From Candidatus Sumerlaeia bacterium (GTDB taxonomy: Bacteria > Sumerlaeota > Sumerlaeia > SLMS01), in NCBI GenBank assembly GCA_038208905.1, contig JBBQYG010000010.1:1-44078 (forward strand): a stretch of DNA of 44,078 nt. Reading direction: 5' to 3'. A program made the translations under genes and the position numbers. This document shows positions 36,217 through 44,078 of the stretch, piece after piece; position 1 is the first letter of the stretch; the number at the start of each line of letters is the position of its first letter. Below the pieces are notes generated by a model. The model saw nothing but the letters and a program-made list of their open reading frames with translations, was not told where the DNA came from and did not search any database.

Positions 36217-37095
36217 TTAGCGTGACTTATACAGGTCGGGGACGTAAACGATCCCAAACGAAGAGAATGGCGACCCGTCGAGTTCTCGCCGCCCCTTGTA
36301 CTGAAGGTTTCCGATTAGACCGGAAAACTCATCGGCGACCTCTTCTCTCACAGCCGAATCCATTCCACGCCCGGGAATCCTGTATCCCCAGTTGATCGCA
36401 TAGATGACGATATCGGCGACTTGAACGGGGATCGCCATGTCAGAGGCAACGAACATCGGCGACGGGACGATGCGGGACGATCTGGTGCGTCCCTTCGCAG
36501 TTCCCTTGAAGTATCGCTCAAGCATCCTCACGAAGCGACGGTCCAGTTGCTTGTCCGTCTCATCGAGTACAATGAGCCCCGTCTCGTCCGTGTCTTCGAG
36601 TAAGTAGTAGTAGCGCTCCAACAGGAAGACCATGTCCTTGCGGAGGAGTTCGGGTTCGGCATCGTCCGGAGCCATGGCGTGCCCGCGCGGGATCGCGGCG
36701 GCGAAAACCTTCGCGTCATGGGAAGCAAGAAGGCGGAACATCCCGCGGACCATCGCGAGCGATGCTTGGCCGTAGGCCGTAAACTCGTCGCGAGATGGTG
36801 CCTGATTGTTGAATCCCTTCCGAAGGAAGGAGAGCGAAAGGCGACGCCGCTCCGAGTCCTCCAGCCAGGGGGACTGTCGCGACCATTTGAAACGGTCCTT
36901 TTTAAGTATCTTGGCCCCCTTCAACTCCACCTGAAATCGATGAAGCCGGTCTCCGAAGGAATCGACCTCAAGACTCGCCACCGCTTGGACAAACCCCCAA
37001 ATCTTCGATGCATGCAGGGCGATGCCGCCGTGCACCTCATAGGGACAATTTCGGTGGTCGTGACCGCTCTCGTCGAGAAACAGTAGGTAGCTCAT
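36217..37095 (-). CDS. DUF3800 domain protein (RNase H-like fold)
   Basis: LFLDESG, ELKG, VLDE, S..AIPVQVADIV. Confidence 0.88.
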   Translation of the reverse strand: MSYLLFLDESGHDHRNCPYEVHGGIALHASKIWGFVQAVASLEVDSFGDRLHRFQVELKGAKILKKDRFKWSRQSPWLEDSERRRLSLSFLRKGFNNQAPSRDEFTAYGQASLAMVRGMFRLLASHDAKVFAAAIPRGHAMAPDDAEPELLRKDMVFLLERYYYLLEDTDETGLIVLDETDKQLDRRFVRMLERYFKGTAKGRTRSSRIVPSPMFVASDMAIPVQVADIVIYAINWGYRIPGRGMDSAVREEVADEFSGLIGNLQYKGRRELDGSPFSSFGIVYVPDLYKSR

Positions 37096-37188
37096 CTTGC
37101 CCTAGAGGTGGGTTAGGTTGGCCATCAAAATCCAGGCTCGCTGGCCCGAAGTAGTGCCGCGCGTCATTGCATTGTCAAGTACCCACAC

Positions 37189-37701
37189 CTAAGTATTGTC
37201 GCGCTCCATCCGGTACACCAACGACTCTCCCCCGCGAATCACGATGGGGCCGGTGTTCCGCGCGCCGAGGCGCTCCGCCACGCGGATCGAGGCGGCGTTG
37301 GCGGGGCGGATGAGGCTGCACAGCGCGGGGAGGCCAAGCGTCCAGAACGCCCAGTCGCGCGACGCGGCGGCCGCTTCCGTGGCGAGGCCCCTTCCCCGGA
37401 AGCCCGGCGCCAAGGAATAGCTGATCTCCTCCAGCGGCCAGCCCTCCGGATACCACACGCCGATGCGACCGGCAAAGGCGCCGGAGGCCTTCTCCTCCAC
37501 GGCCCAGATGCCGAACCCGCGCAGGTGCCAGTGACCAACAAACATGGCGATCTGGCGCCAGGTGTCGTCCCGGCTGAGCGTGCCGCCGGCCAGATGGCGC
37601 ATCGTCTCCTCGTCGGCACACATCGCCGCATAGGGATCGAGGTCCTCCGCGCGCCAGGGGCGGAGGAGCAGGCGCTCGGTCTCGACGGTGGGAAGGGGCA
37701 T
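37189..37701 (-). CDS. GNAT N-acetyltransferase (RimJ/RimL-like)
   Basis: ETERLLLRPW, FRGRGLATEA, NAASIRVAERLG. Confidence 0.92.
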   Translation of the reverse strand: MPLPTVETERLLLRPWRAEDLDPYAAMCADEETMRHLAGGTLSRDDTWRQIAMFVGHWHLRGFGIWAVEEKASGAFAGRIGVWYPEGWPLEEISYSLAPGFRGRGLATEAAAASRDWAFWTLGLPALCSLIRPANAASIRVAERLGARNTGPIVIRGGESLVYRMERDNT

Positions 37702-37899
37702 GGGGGAACTCCGGGGATGGACGATGCCACAGCTTTGCCCGCCAGTGGCGCGGGTCAACGGAGAGCGGCGCGGAACGCCGTGTTTCCCGGGCCTTCGGCA
37801 ACACAAGCCCCCAGCGCCTTCCCCATTGCCTCGCCCCCCGCGCGCGGGAACGATGCGAATCGTTCGCAGCGCACTACCTTGGAGCCTCCCCGAAACCGC

Positions 37900-39354
37900 A
37901 TGGAAAACCCTTCCCAGAAGCCCGACCAGATTCCCTCCCGCGCGGAGAACTTCTCCGAATGGTACATCGAGACCATTCGCAAGTCGGACCTTGCCGATTA
38001 TACCGTGGTGAAGGGGTGCATGGTCATCAAGCCCTATGGTTTCGGCCTGTGGGAGAACGTGCGCGACGCGCTGGACAAGCGCATCAAGGACACGGGGCAC
38101 GAGAACGCCTATTTCCCGCTGCTGGTGCCGGAGAGCCTCCTCCTCAAGGAAGCGGAGCACGTGGAGGGCTTTGCCCCGGAGTGCGCGTGGGTGACCCACG
38201 GCGGCGGCGCGGAGCTTGAGGAGCGCCTGGCGATCCGCCCCACGAGCGAGGCAATCATTTGCTCCATCTATGCCAACTGGGTGAAGAGCTATCGCGACCT
38301 GCCGATCCTGATCAACCAGTGGGCCAACGTGGTGCGGTGGGAGAAGCGCACCCGCCTGTTCCTGCGCACGTCGGAGTTCCTCTGGCAGGAGGGCCACACC
38401 GTCCACCGCACCGACGAGGAGGCCCAGGAGGAGGTGCTGAAGATGCTGGAGGTCTATCGCGAGTTCCTGGAGACGGAGCTGGCGATCCCCGCCATCCCCG
38501 GCCAGAAGAGCGACGCGGAGAAGTTTGCCGGCGCCTCCAAGACCTACACGGTGGAGGCGCTGATGCAGGACGGCTGGGCGCTTCAGGCGGGGACGAGCCA
38601 CAATCTGGGCCAGCATTTCTCCAAGGGTTTCGGTATCAAGTTCCTGGACGCGGACAACACGGAGAAATTCGCCTGGCAGACGAGCTGGGGCGTTTCCACC
38701 CGCCTGATCGGCGGCGCGGTAATGACCCACGGCGACGACAGCGGCCTGCGCCTTCCCCCCCGCGTCGCGCCGGTGCAGGTGATCCTGATCCCGATCTACA
38801 AGGCCGGGCTGGAATCTGCCCTGAACGAGAAGATCGCCGCCATCGTGGCCGACCTGAAGAAACGAGGCGTGCGCGCGAAGGCGGACCTGCGCGACAACCA
38901 CCGCCCCGGCTACAAGTTCAGCGAGTGGGAACTCAAGGGAGTACCCCTGCGCATCGAGATCGGCCCCAAGGACCTCGAGAAGGGCACCGTCTGCATCGTC
39001 CGCCGCGACACGCGGGAGAAGGCCTTTATCCCCGAAGGCACCGTTGCGGAGACCGTGGACCGCCTGCTGGTGGAGATTCAGGCCGACATGCTGAAGGCGG
39101 CACGCGCCTTCCGCGATGCCAACACCCACCGCCCCGGCACGTGGGACGAGTTCAAGACCACGCTGGAGGAGAAGAAGGGTTTCCTCCTGTGCCCGTGGGA
39201 CGGCACCGCCGAATCCGAGTCGGCGATCAAGGACGAAACCAAGGCCACGCTGCGCTGCATCCCCTTCGACGGCGGCAAGGCCGAGCCCGGCGACGTGGAC
39301 ATCCGCACCGGCAAGCCGGCGGTGGCGCGGGCGTTGTTTGCGAGGGCGTACTAG
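37900..39354 (+). CDS. proS: Proline--tRNA ligase (archaeal/eukaryote-like short form)
   Basis: IRPTSE, FLRTSEFLWQEGHT, QAGTSHNLGQ, HGDD, C-terminal FARAY. Confidence 0.97.
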   Translation: MENPSQKPDQIPSRAENFSEWYIETIRKSDLADYTVVKGCMVIKPYGFGLWENVRDALDKRIKDTGHENAYFPLLVPESLLLKEAEHVEGFAPECAWVTHGGGAELEERLAIRPTSEAIICSIYANWVKSYRDLPILINQWANVVRWEKRTRLFLRTSEFLWQEGHTVHRTDEEAQEEVLKMLEVYREFLETELAIPAIPGQKSDAEKFAGASKTYTVEALMQDGWALQAGTSHNLGQHFSKGFGIKFLDADNTEKFAWQTSWGVSTRLIGGAVMTHGDDSGLRLPPRVAPVQVILIPIYKAGLESALNEKIAAIVADLKKRGVRAKADLRDNHRPGYKFSEWELKGVPLRIEIGPKDLEKGTVCIVRRDTREKAFIPEGTVAETVDRLLVEIQADMLKAARAFRDANTHRPGTWDEFKTTLEEKKGFLLCPWDGTAESESAIKDETKATLRCIPFDGGKAEPGDVDIRTGKPAVARALFARAY

Positions 39355-39360
39355 CAAGGC

Positions 39361-39477
39361 GGGGAAAGGCGGGAAAAGCGGCAACGGCGGAAAGTTGTAC
39401 AAACCCCTGCCCCAAAATGTCGCTCGACCGTAATGAATGCGCCTTTTCCGCCGTTGCCGCTGTTTCCGCCTTTCCCC
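39361..39477. repeat. About 33-bp inverted repeat built from 9-nt units
   Basis: GGGGAAAGGCGGGAAAAGCGGCAACGGCGGAAA pairs with TTTCCGCCGTTGCCGCTGTTTCCGCCTTTCCCC (2 mismatches). Confidence 0.8.
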
Positions 39478-39504
39478 CTTCACCCCAAGGAGCCTCTTCC
39501 ACCC

Positions 39505-40602
39505 ATGAAAAAACCCTCCCCCCTCCACAACTGGCATCAAGACCACGGCGCGGAGTTCGTCGATTGGGGGGAGTGTTCCGTGCCCCAGTCCTATGGCCGG
39601 GTGGACTTGGAGTACGCCGCGTTGAAGGAGGGTTGCGGGGCCGTGGACCAGTGCCATCAGGCGCGCATCCGCATCGAGGCCAACGACCTGATCGGGTTCC
39701 TGAACGCGGTACTTACGGCGGACGTGGGGGAGTTGAAGCCGGGGACTTGCACCTATGCATTCCTGTGCAATGACCGCGGCGGGATCGTGGATTCCTATCT
39801 GGTGTACTTGGACAAGGCGTTTGCCCTCCTCCTTGGCTCCTCGGCCGGGCGCCTGAGCGGCGTGGAGTCGCTGCGGGCGCAGGCCGACAAGCTCCCCGCG
39901 ATGGGGGCCAAGATCATTGACGTGACCGATGCCCAGGGGTTGGTGTCGTTGAGGGGGCCCCTGTCGCTCCAGGCGATCCGGACCATCGCCTTTGACCAAG
40001 ACGTCAGCATGGAACCCGGCGAAGGACGCCTTGTTACCGTCGGATCGGCCAAGGCCCTGATCATCCGCCCGGAGGGCGACCTGATCGAGGGATTCGACAT
40101 TGTATCGGGCTCGCTGAGCATGTTTTCCCTGTGGGAGAAGATCATCGACGCGGGCCGGGTGATCCCCGTGACGCCCGTGGGGCAGAAGGCGTATGAGTGC
40201 CTGCGCATTCGCGCCGGCGTTCCCCGCGTGGGGGTGGATTGCGGGCCGGACACAACGCCGCTGGAGATCAACCAGTCGCCGCGCGTCGACTTCCAGAAGC
40301 GCCAGTTCCCGGGGCGGCGCGCGATGATGCACTCTACATCGAGCGAGTTTTCCCGAGTGCTGGTTTCGCTCCGCATGGACGGCCCCGGCGAAACCAGCGA
40401 GGGCGGCGAGATCCTGGCGGACCAGATGCCCGTGGGCCGGTTGACGAGTTCCGCGCTGGTGCCGGGCGAGGGCCACATGGGGCTGGGATATGTGAACTCC
40501 CTCAAGAGTTCCATCGGCACGCGACTGACAATCCGCACCAAGGCGGGCGACAACATCCCCGCCCAGGTCGTCAAGCCAGCATTTCAGCGCTCGACGTTCT
40601 GA
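39505..40602 (+). CDS. GcvT/YgfZ-like folate-binding aminomethyltransferase family protein
   Basis: SPLHNWH, EYAALK, NDRGGIVD, LRIRAG, VGRLTS..GLGYV; AAGGAG upstream. Confidence 0.85.
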   Translation: MKKPSPLHNWHQDHGAEFVDWGECSVPQSYGRVDLEYAALKEGCGAVDQCHQARIRIEANDLIGFLNAVLTADVGELKPGTCTYAFLCNDRGGIVDSYLVYLDKAFALLLGSSAGRLSGVESLRAQADKLPAMGAKIIDVTDAQGLVSLRGPLSLQAIRTIAFDQDVSMEPGEGRLVTVGSAKALIIRPEGDLIEGFDIVSGSLSMFSLWEKIIDAGRVIPVTPVGQKAYECLRIRAGVPRVGVDCGPDTTPLEINQSPRVDFQKRQFPGRRAMMHSTSSEFSRVLVSLRMDGPGETSEGGEILADQMPVGRLTSSALVPGEGHMGLGYVNSLKSSIGTRLTIRTKAGDNIPAQVVKPAFQRSTF

Positions 40603-40625
40603 TCAACTCCGCCTGGCGAAGCCGA

Positions 40626-41258
40626 ATGAACCTGCCAAACAAGCTCAGCATGGCCCGCGTTGCGGCGGTTCCTCCGTTCCTGCTATGTCTGTATGCAGGC
40701 ACGATCACCGTGGGGAATTCGCCCGCGCTCGCGGCAGCGGGCGAATTTACGGCGCTGGCTCTGGTGATTGTCGTTTCGATCACCGACTGGCTGGACGGTC
40801 ATCTGGCGCGCAAGCACCGGCTGGTCAGCAATCTGGGCAAGTTGCTGGATCCGCTGGCGGACAAGATCTTCGTGGCGGCGGCGCTGGTTGCCTTGGTCGA
40901 GCTTAGCCAGGTTCCCGCTTGGGCCGTAGTGCTCATCCTGGCGCGGGAATTCGCGGTGACGGGCCTGCGCGCCCTGGCCGCGGACCGGGGCAGGGTGATC
41001 TCGGCCGACCGCTTGGGAAAGCACAAGATGGCCTGGCAACTGGCCCTGATCCTCTGCGCGATTCTGGGCATGGCGATCAGGAATACCCTCCTCTGCTGGC
41101 CACAGACAGCCACCCCCTCTGTGCTGGACTCCTATGACATGGTGGTCACCATCCTCCTGTGGGTTGTCCTTGGCGTAACCGTGTATCTGACAGTGGTGAG
41201 TGGCTGGCTCTATGTTGCCCGAAACGCCGACCTGCTGAAGGACGAGCCGACGCCATAA
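40626..41258 (+). CDS. pgsA: CDP-diacylglycerol--glycerol-3-phosphate 3-phosphatidyltransferase
   Basis: MNLPNKL, TDWLDGHLARK..GKLLDPLADK, REFAVTGLR. Confidence 0.93.
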   Translation: MNLPNKLSMARVAAVPPFLLCLYAGTITVGNSPALAAAGEFTALALVIVVSITDWLDGHLARKHRLVSNLGKLLDPLADKIFVAAALVALVELSQVPAWAVVLILAREFAVTGLRALAADRGRVISADRLGKHKMAWQLALILCAILGMAIRNTLLCWPQTATPSVLDSYDMVVTILLWVVLGVTVYLTVVSGWLYVARNADLLKDEPTP

Positions 41259-41449
41259 AGCCGTGCGCGGCAGGCATCGGGAGCCCGCTGGTGTTGCCCA
41301 GAGTCCCCCCTTTCCCGTTCCCCATTCCCAATTCCTCCCGCGGAGCGAAATCACCCCTTTTTTTTCGTTGCGCCAGACCGGTTTGGGAGGAAGCCTCCCT
41401 GTACCGAATCGCCCGCAGGTGATCATCCCTCGCTGCGCAGGAGACAGTT

Positions 41450-41842
41450 ATGAGGACCGCTTGGAATACCCCGGCCTCCCGTTGGATCATGGCTGTGCTA
41501 GCAATCGTTGTCGTGCTGGCGATCGCAACCCCGGCTCCGGCCCCCGCGGCGGGGCCCCTATACCGCAGCACATGGCCCACCAAGGTCACCTATAAGCTGG
41601 GCAGTGGCATCGGCAATGTGGCGTTTTGCTGGGCCGAGTTCCCCATCGAGATCAATCAGGAGATCCAGAACACCGACCCCTTCACCGGTTCGATCACGGG
41701 GTTCTTTCGCGGGTTCTGGTTCACCGGTCGCCGTTTTGTGCTCGGAATCGTGGATGTCGTGACGTTCCCGATCGACATCTATGGCAATAACTACCAGTCG
41801 ATTCAGCGCACCGAGTTTCCGTTTATCGACGAAGTCGAGTAG
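41450..41842 (+). CDS. TIGR04073-like (exosortase system-associated) protein 1
   Basis: Signal peptide; KLGSGIGNVAFCWAEFP..G..DVVTFP. Confidence 0.75.
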   Translation: MRTAWNTPASRWIMAVLAIVVVLAIATPAPAPAAGPLYRSTWPTKVTYKLGSGIGNVAFCWAEFPIEINQEIQNTDPFTGSITGFFRGFWFTGRRFVLGIVDVVTFPIDIYGNNYQSIQRTEFPFIDEVE

Positions 41843-41885
41843 CAGTCACCCAGTCCGGTTACAACCCTCAGGAGGAACCTCCCGA

Positions 41886-42386
41886 ATGACGCGGCTTCAC
41901 AAGAACTTCGTGGCGATTTTCGCACTCTTCGCCCTGGCGATGATGATCCTGTCTCCGGTGGCGTCCAGCTATGCCCCGGCCCAGGGCACCACCCCCGCCG
42001 AAATCGAGCGCGACAACAGCGATGTGAACAAGATCTTCCACAAGCTCGGCCGTGGCGTCGTCAACGTCCTCACCGGCTGGCTGGAAATCCCCAAGCAGAC
42101 CGCCAAGGAATGGCGCCGCACGGACCCCTTCACGGGAACGGTCTTGGGCCTGATCAAGGGCCTGTGGCTCGGCATCGCGCGCACCTTCGCGGGCTTCTAT
42201 GAGATCATCAGCTTCCCGTTCCCCATTCCCCGCAACTACGAGCCCATCATGCTTCCGGAGTTCGTGCTTCCCACCGTCTGGGGCGAGCGCTTGCCGCTCT
42301 TCCGCGACGAGTTCGTCGGCACGTCGGAGTCCGTGGACAACGCCGTGGACTATGGAACTTCCACGCCGAATCGCCGCAGCTACTAA
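41886..42386 (+). CDS. TIGR04073-like (exosortase system-associated) protein 2
   Basis: AGGAGG RBS; KLGRGVVNVLTGWLEIP..RTFAGFYEIISFPFP..PEFV. Confidence 0.8.
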   Translation: MTRLHKNFVAIFALFALAMMILSPVASSYAPAQGTTPAEIERDNSDVNKIFHKLGRGVVNVLTGWLEIPKQTAKEWRRTDPFTGTVLGLIKGLWLGIARTFAGFYEIISFPFPIPRNYEPIMLPEFVLPTVWGERLPLFRDEFVGTSESVDNAVDYGTSTPNRRSY

Positions 42387-42407
42387 GCAACCCGCAACAG
42401 GGTTTTC

Positions 42408-42444
42408 GCGCCGGTCGGCTCCTTGGGGCCGACCGGCGCTTTTT
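42408..42444 (+). terminator. Rho-independent terminator
   Basis: GCGCCGGTCGGCTC-CTTG-GGGCCGACCGGCGC followed by TTTTT. Confidence 0.85.
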
Positions 42445-42481
42445 GTTGGAATAGCCATCCCCCAGTGGAGCCGAACAGCCG

Positions 42482-43447
42482 ATGAGCAGCCTTCCCGTAT
42501 CCTATGACGATGTCCTCTGCGCGGCGAAGTTCCTGGAGGGGAAGGCCCACCGTACGCCAGTGCTGACTTCGACCCTGGTAAACGAACGCACCGGTGCCCA
42601 AGTCTTCTATAAGTGCGAGAATTTCCAGCGCACGGGATCCTTCAAGTTTCGCGGCGCCTGCAACGCGGTGGGCGCGCTCAATGCCGAGGAGAAGAAGCGC
42701 GGCGTGGTGGCCTTCTCCTCCGGCAACCACGCCCAAGGCGTTGCGCTGGCGGGCAGGCTGCTGGGCGTGCCCGCCGTCATCGTCATGCCAGAGGACGCCC
42801 CCGCCGTGAAGGTGCAAGCCACGCGGGCCTATGGCGCGGAGGTGGTCCTGTACGATCGCCACCGCGAGAAGCGCGAGGAGATCGCCGCGCGCCTGATCGA
42901 GGAGCGCGGCATGTCGCTGATTCCGCCCTTCGATCATCCGCGCATCATCGCGGGGCAGGGCACCGCGGCCAAGGAACTCATCGAGGAGACAGGCCCGCTC
43001 GATGCGCTCTTCGTGTGCGTGGGCGGCGGCGGCCTCATCTCCGGCTGCGCGCTGGCGGCCAAGGCGCTCTCTCCGCAATGCAGGGTCATCGGCGTGGAGC
43101 CCGCGCTCGGCGACGACGCCACCCGCTCCTTCCAAACGCGCACCCTGCAATCGGTGGACAACCCGCCCACCATCGCCGACGGCGCGCGCACGACATCGCT
43201 CGGCAAGCTCACCTTCCCCATCGTCCTCTCCAAGGTGGACGACATGATGACGGTCAGCGACGCGGAACTATTCGACGCGATGATCTACCTGTGGGAGCGG
43301 CTCAAGACTGTCATCGAGCCGACCGGCGCCCTCGGCGCGGCGGGGCTCTTCAAGCGCGCCGCCGAATTCAAGGGCAAGCGCGTCGGCGTGATCGTGAGCG
43401 GCGGGAATCTGGATGTGGCCAACGTGGCCGGGCTGAGGAAGGGATGA
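42482..43447 (+). CDS. PLP-dependent threonine/serine dehydratase-like ammonia-lyase (serine racemase / threo-3-hydroxyaspartate lyase type)
   Basis: KCENFQRTGSFKFRGA, SSGNHAQG, VGGGGL, EPTGA, SGGN; no ACT domain. Confidence 0.92.
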   Translation: MSSLPVSYDDVLCAAKFLEGKAHRTPVLTSTLVNERTGAQVFYKCENFQRTGSFKFRGACNAVGALNAEEKKRGVVAFSSGNHAQGVALAGRLLGVPAVIVMPEDAPAVKVQATRAYGAEVVLYDRHREKREEIAARLIEERGMSLIPPFDHPRIIAGQGTAAKELIEETGPLDALFVCVGGGGLISGCALAAKALSPQCRVIGVEPALGDDATRSFQTRTLQSVDNPPTIADGARTTSLGKLTFPIVLSKVDDMMTVSDAELFDAMIYLWERLKTVIEPTGALGAAGLFKRAAEFKGKRVGVIVSGGNLDVANVAGLRKG

Positions 43448-43510
43448 GGGATGAACGGCAACGGCCGCACTCTGCTGTTCCCTGCCTTTGATCCCTAATC
43501 CCTCATCCCT
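43440..43510. repeat. Heptamer-based inverted repeat between convergent genes
   Basis: AGGGATGAGGGAT ... ATCCCTCATCCCT. Confidence 0.65.
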
Positions 43511-43515
43511 GCTTT

Positions 43516-43938
43516 TCATACGCCGGCGATCCGCGGAGCGCGCCTCGGCGGCTCACCCTGCACCACCGCGCCGGCCTCCACCACGGCCTGCCACGGAATC
43601 GTGCCGGGCTGGGCCGGGGGGACGGATACAATTTGGCGCGCGCCAAGGAAGACGAGCCATGCCTCGGCGATGGGCTCGCGGAGAGTGCGTTCCACGGCGA
43701 GTCGGTAGAGCTGGAGCTGCGGCTCGTAGCCCTTCGCAAGGCGCGGCACGCGCGAGCCATCGGGGCCCGCGTTGTCGGTCTTGTAGTCCACCAGAATCCA
43801 GCCCGCGCCCTCTCGCCAGAGCACGTCCACCACGCCTTGGAGGATGATCGATTGGCGCGAGCCGGTGGAGATTTCGTCGGCGTCCACGCGGACGGTGAAG
43901 GGCTTCTCGCGATGCACGCGCGCGTCCTCCCTGCGTAG
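43516..43938 (-). CDS. 3' part of an AddA/RecB-type PD-(D/E)XK nuclease domain
   Basis: REKPF, QGVVDVL, VDYKTD, QLQLY; the 5' part runs into unreliable sequence. Confidence 0.8.
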   Translation of the reverse strand, partial: LRREDARVHREKPFTVRVDADEISTGSRQSIILQGVVDVLWREGAGWILVDYKTDNAGPDGSRVPRLAKGYEPQLQLYRLAVERTLREPIAEAWLVFLGARQIVSVPPAQPGTIPWQAVVEAGAVVQGEPPRRAPRIAGV

Positions 43939-43939
43939 G

Positions 43940-44078
43940 GGGGTTGCCCCAAACCGGGGGGGGGGGGACGACAAACGGATGTTTGGCAACAGCCAACAGG
44001 GGCAACGCCCACCCCGGGGGGGCGCGCGCGGGCAAAGCGAGAAACCCCAAAACCGCCCCCGGGGCCCCCCCCAAAAAA
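43940..44078. other. Low-quality homopolymer-rich end
   Basis: Runs of G/C/A with loss of coding signal at the window edge. Confidence 0.7.

Noticed and set aside
39433-39504. Pro-rich N-terminal extension of the GcvT-like ORF
   Set aside because: Translation of the inverted repeat; the RBS supports ATG at 39505
37702-40476. 1095-aa minus-strand ORF
   Set aside because: Antisense shadow of proS and the gcvT-like gene in high-GC DNA; only the last 170 aa (GNAT) are real
1-44078. tRNA, rRNA, CRISPR arrays, retron RT, intact transposases
   Set aside because: None recognised by eye; tRNAscan-SE and Infernal were not run

Overview
High-GC bacterial window (lineage not determinable here). It has no photosynthesis genes, and both ends (about 1-137 and 43940-44078) are low-complexity and unreliable. 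The backbone is housekeeping: fabH-fabD, tricorn-type S41 protease, recX, asd, proS, pgsA, rpiB-like, a PLP ammonia-lyase and an AddA-like 3' end. The standout is a tightly coupled 10-gene operon at 9771-15648: 2Fe-2S ferredoxin, V4R, small hypothetical, phycobiliprotein-like globin (CxRD), V4R, Ser/Thr kinase, small hypothetical, two ParA/MinD-like proteins with degenerate Walker A motifs, and a PcyA-like ferredoxin-dependent bilin reductase with non-canonical active-site residues. The core resembles pre-PcyA/BBAG clusters and Synechocystis slr0144-slr0152. The degenerate ParA pair and the altered reductase are the unusual parts. Other points of interest: a DUF3800 gene followed by a compact predicted structured RNA, an ABC-type ATPase + TOPRIM-like pair (candidate defence), a C39-RimK-GCS2-MFS peptide-ligase operon, two REP-containing MITE-like elements flanking a decayed AbiEi/AbiEii locus, a deleted MNT-HEPN toxin-antitoxin scar, and repeats inserted in frame inside coding genes. 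All assignments are by motif recognition; no searches were run.
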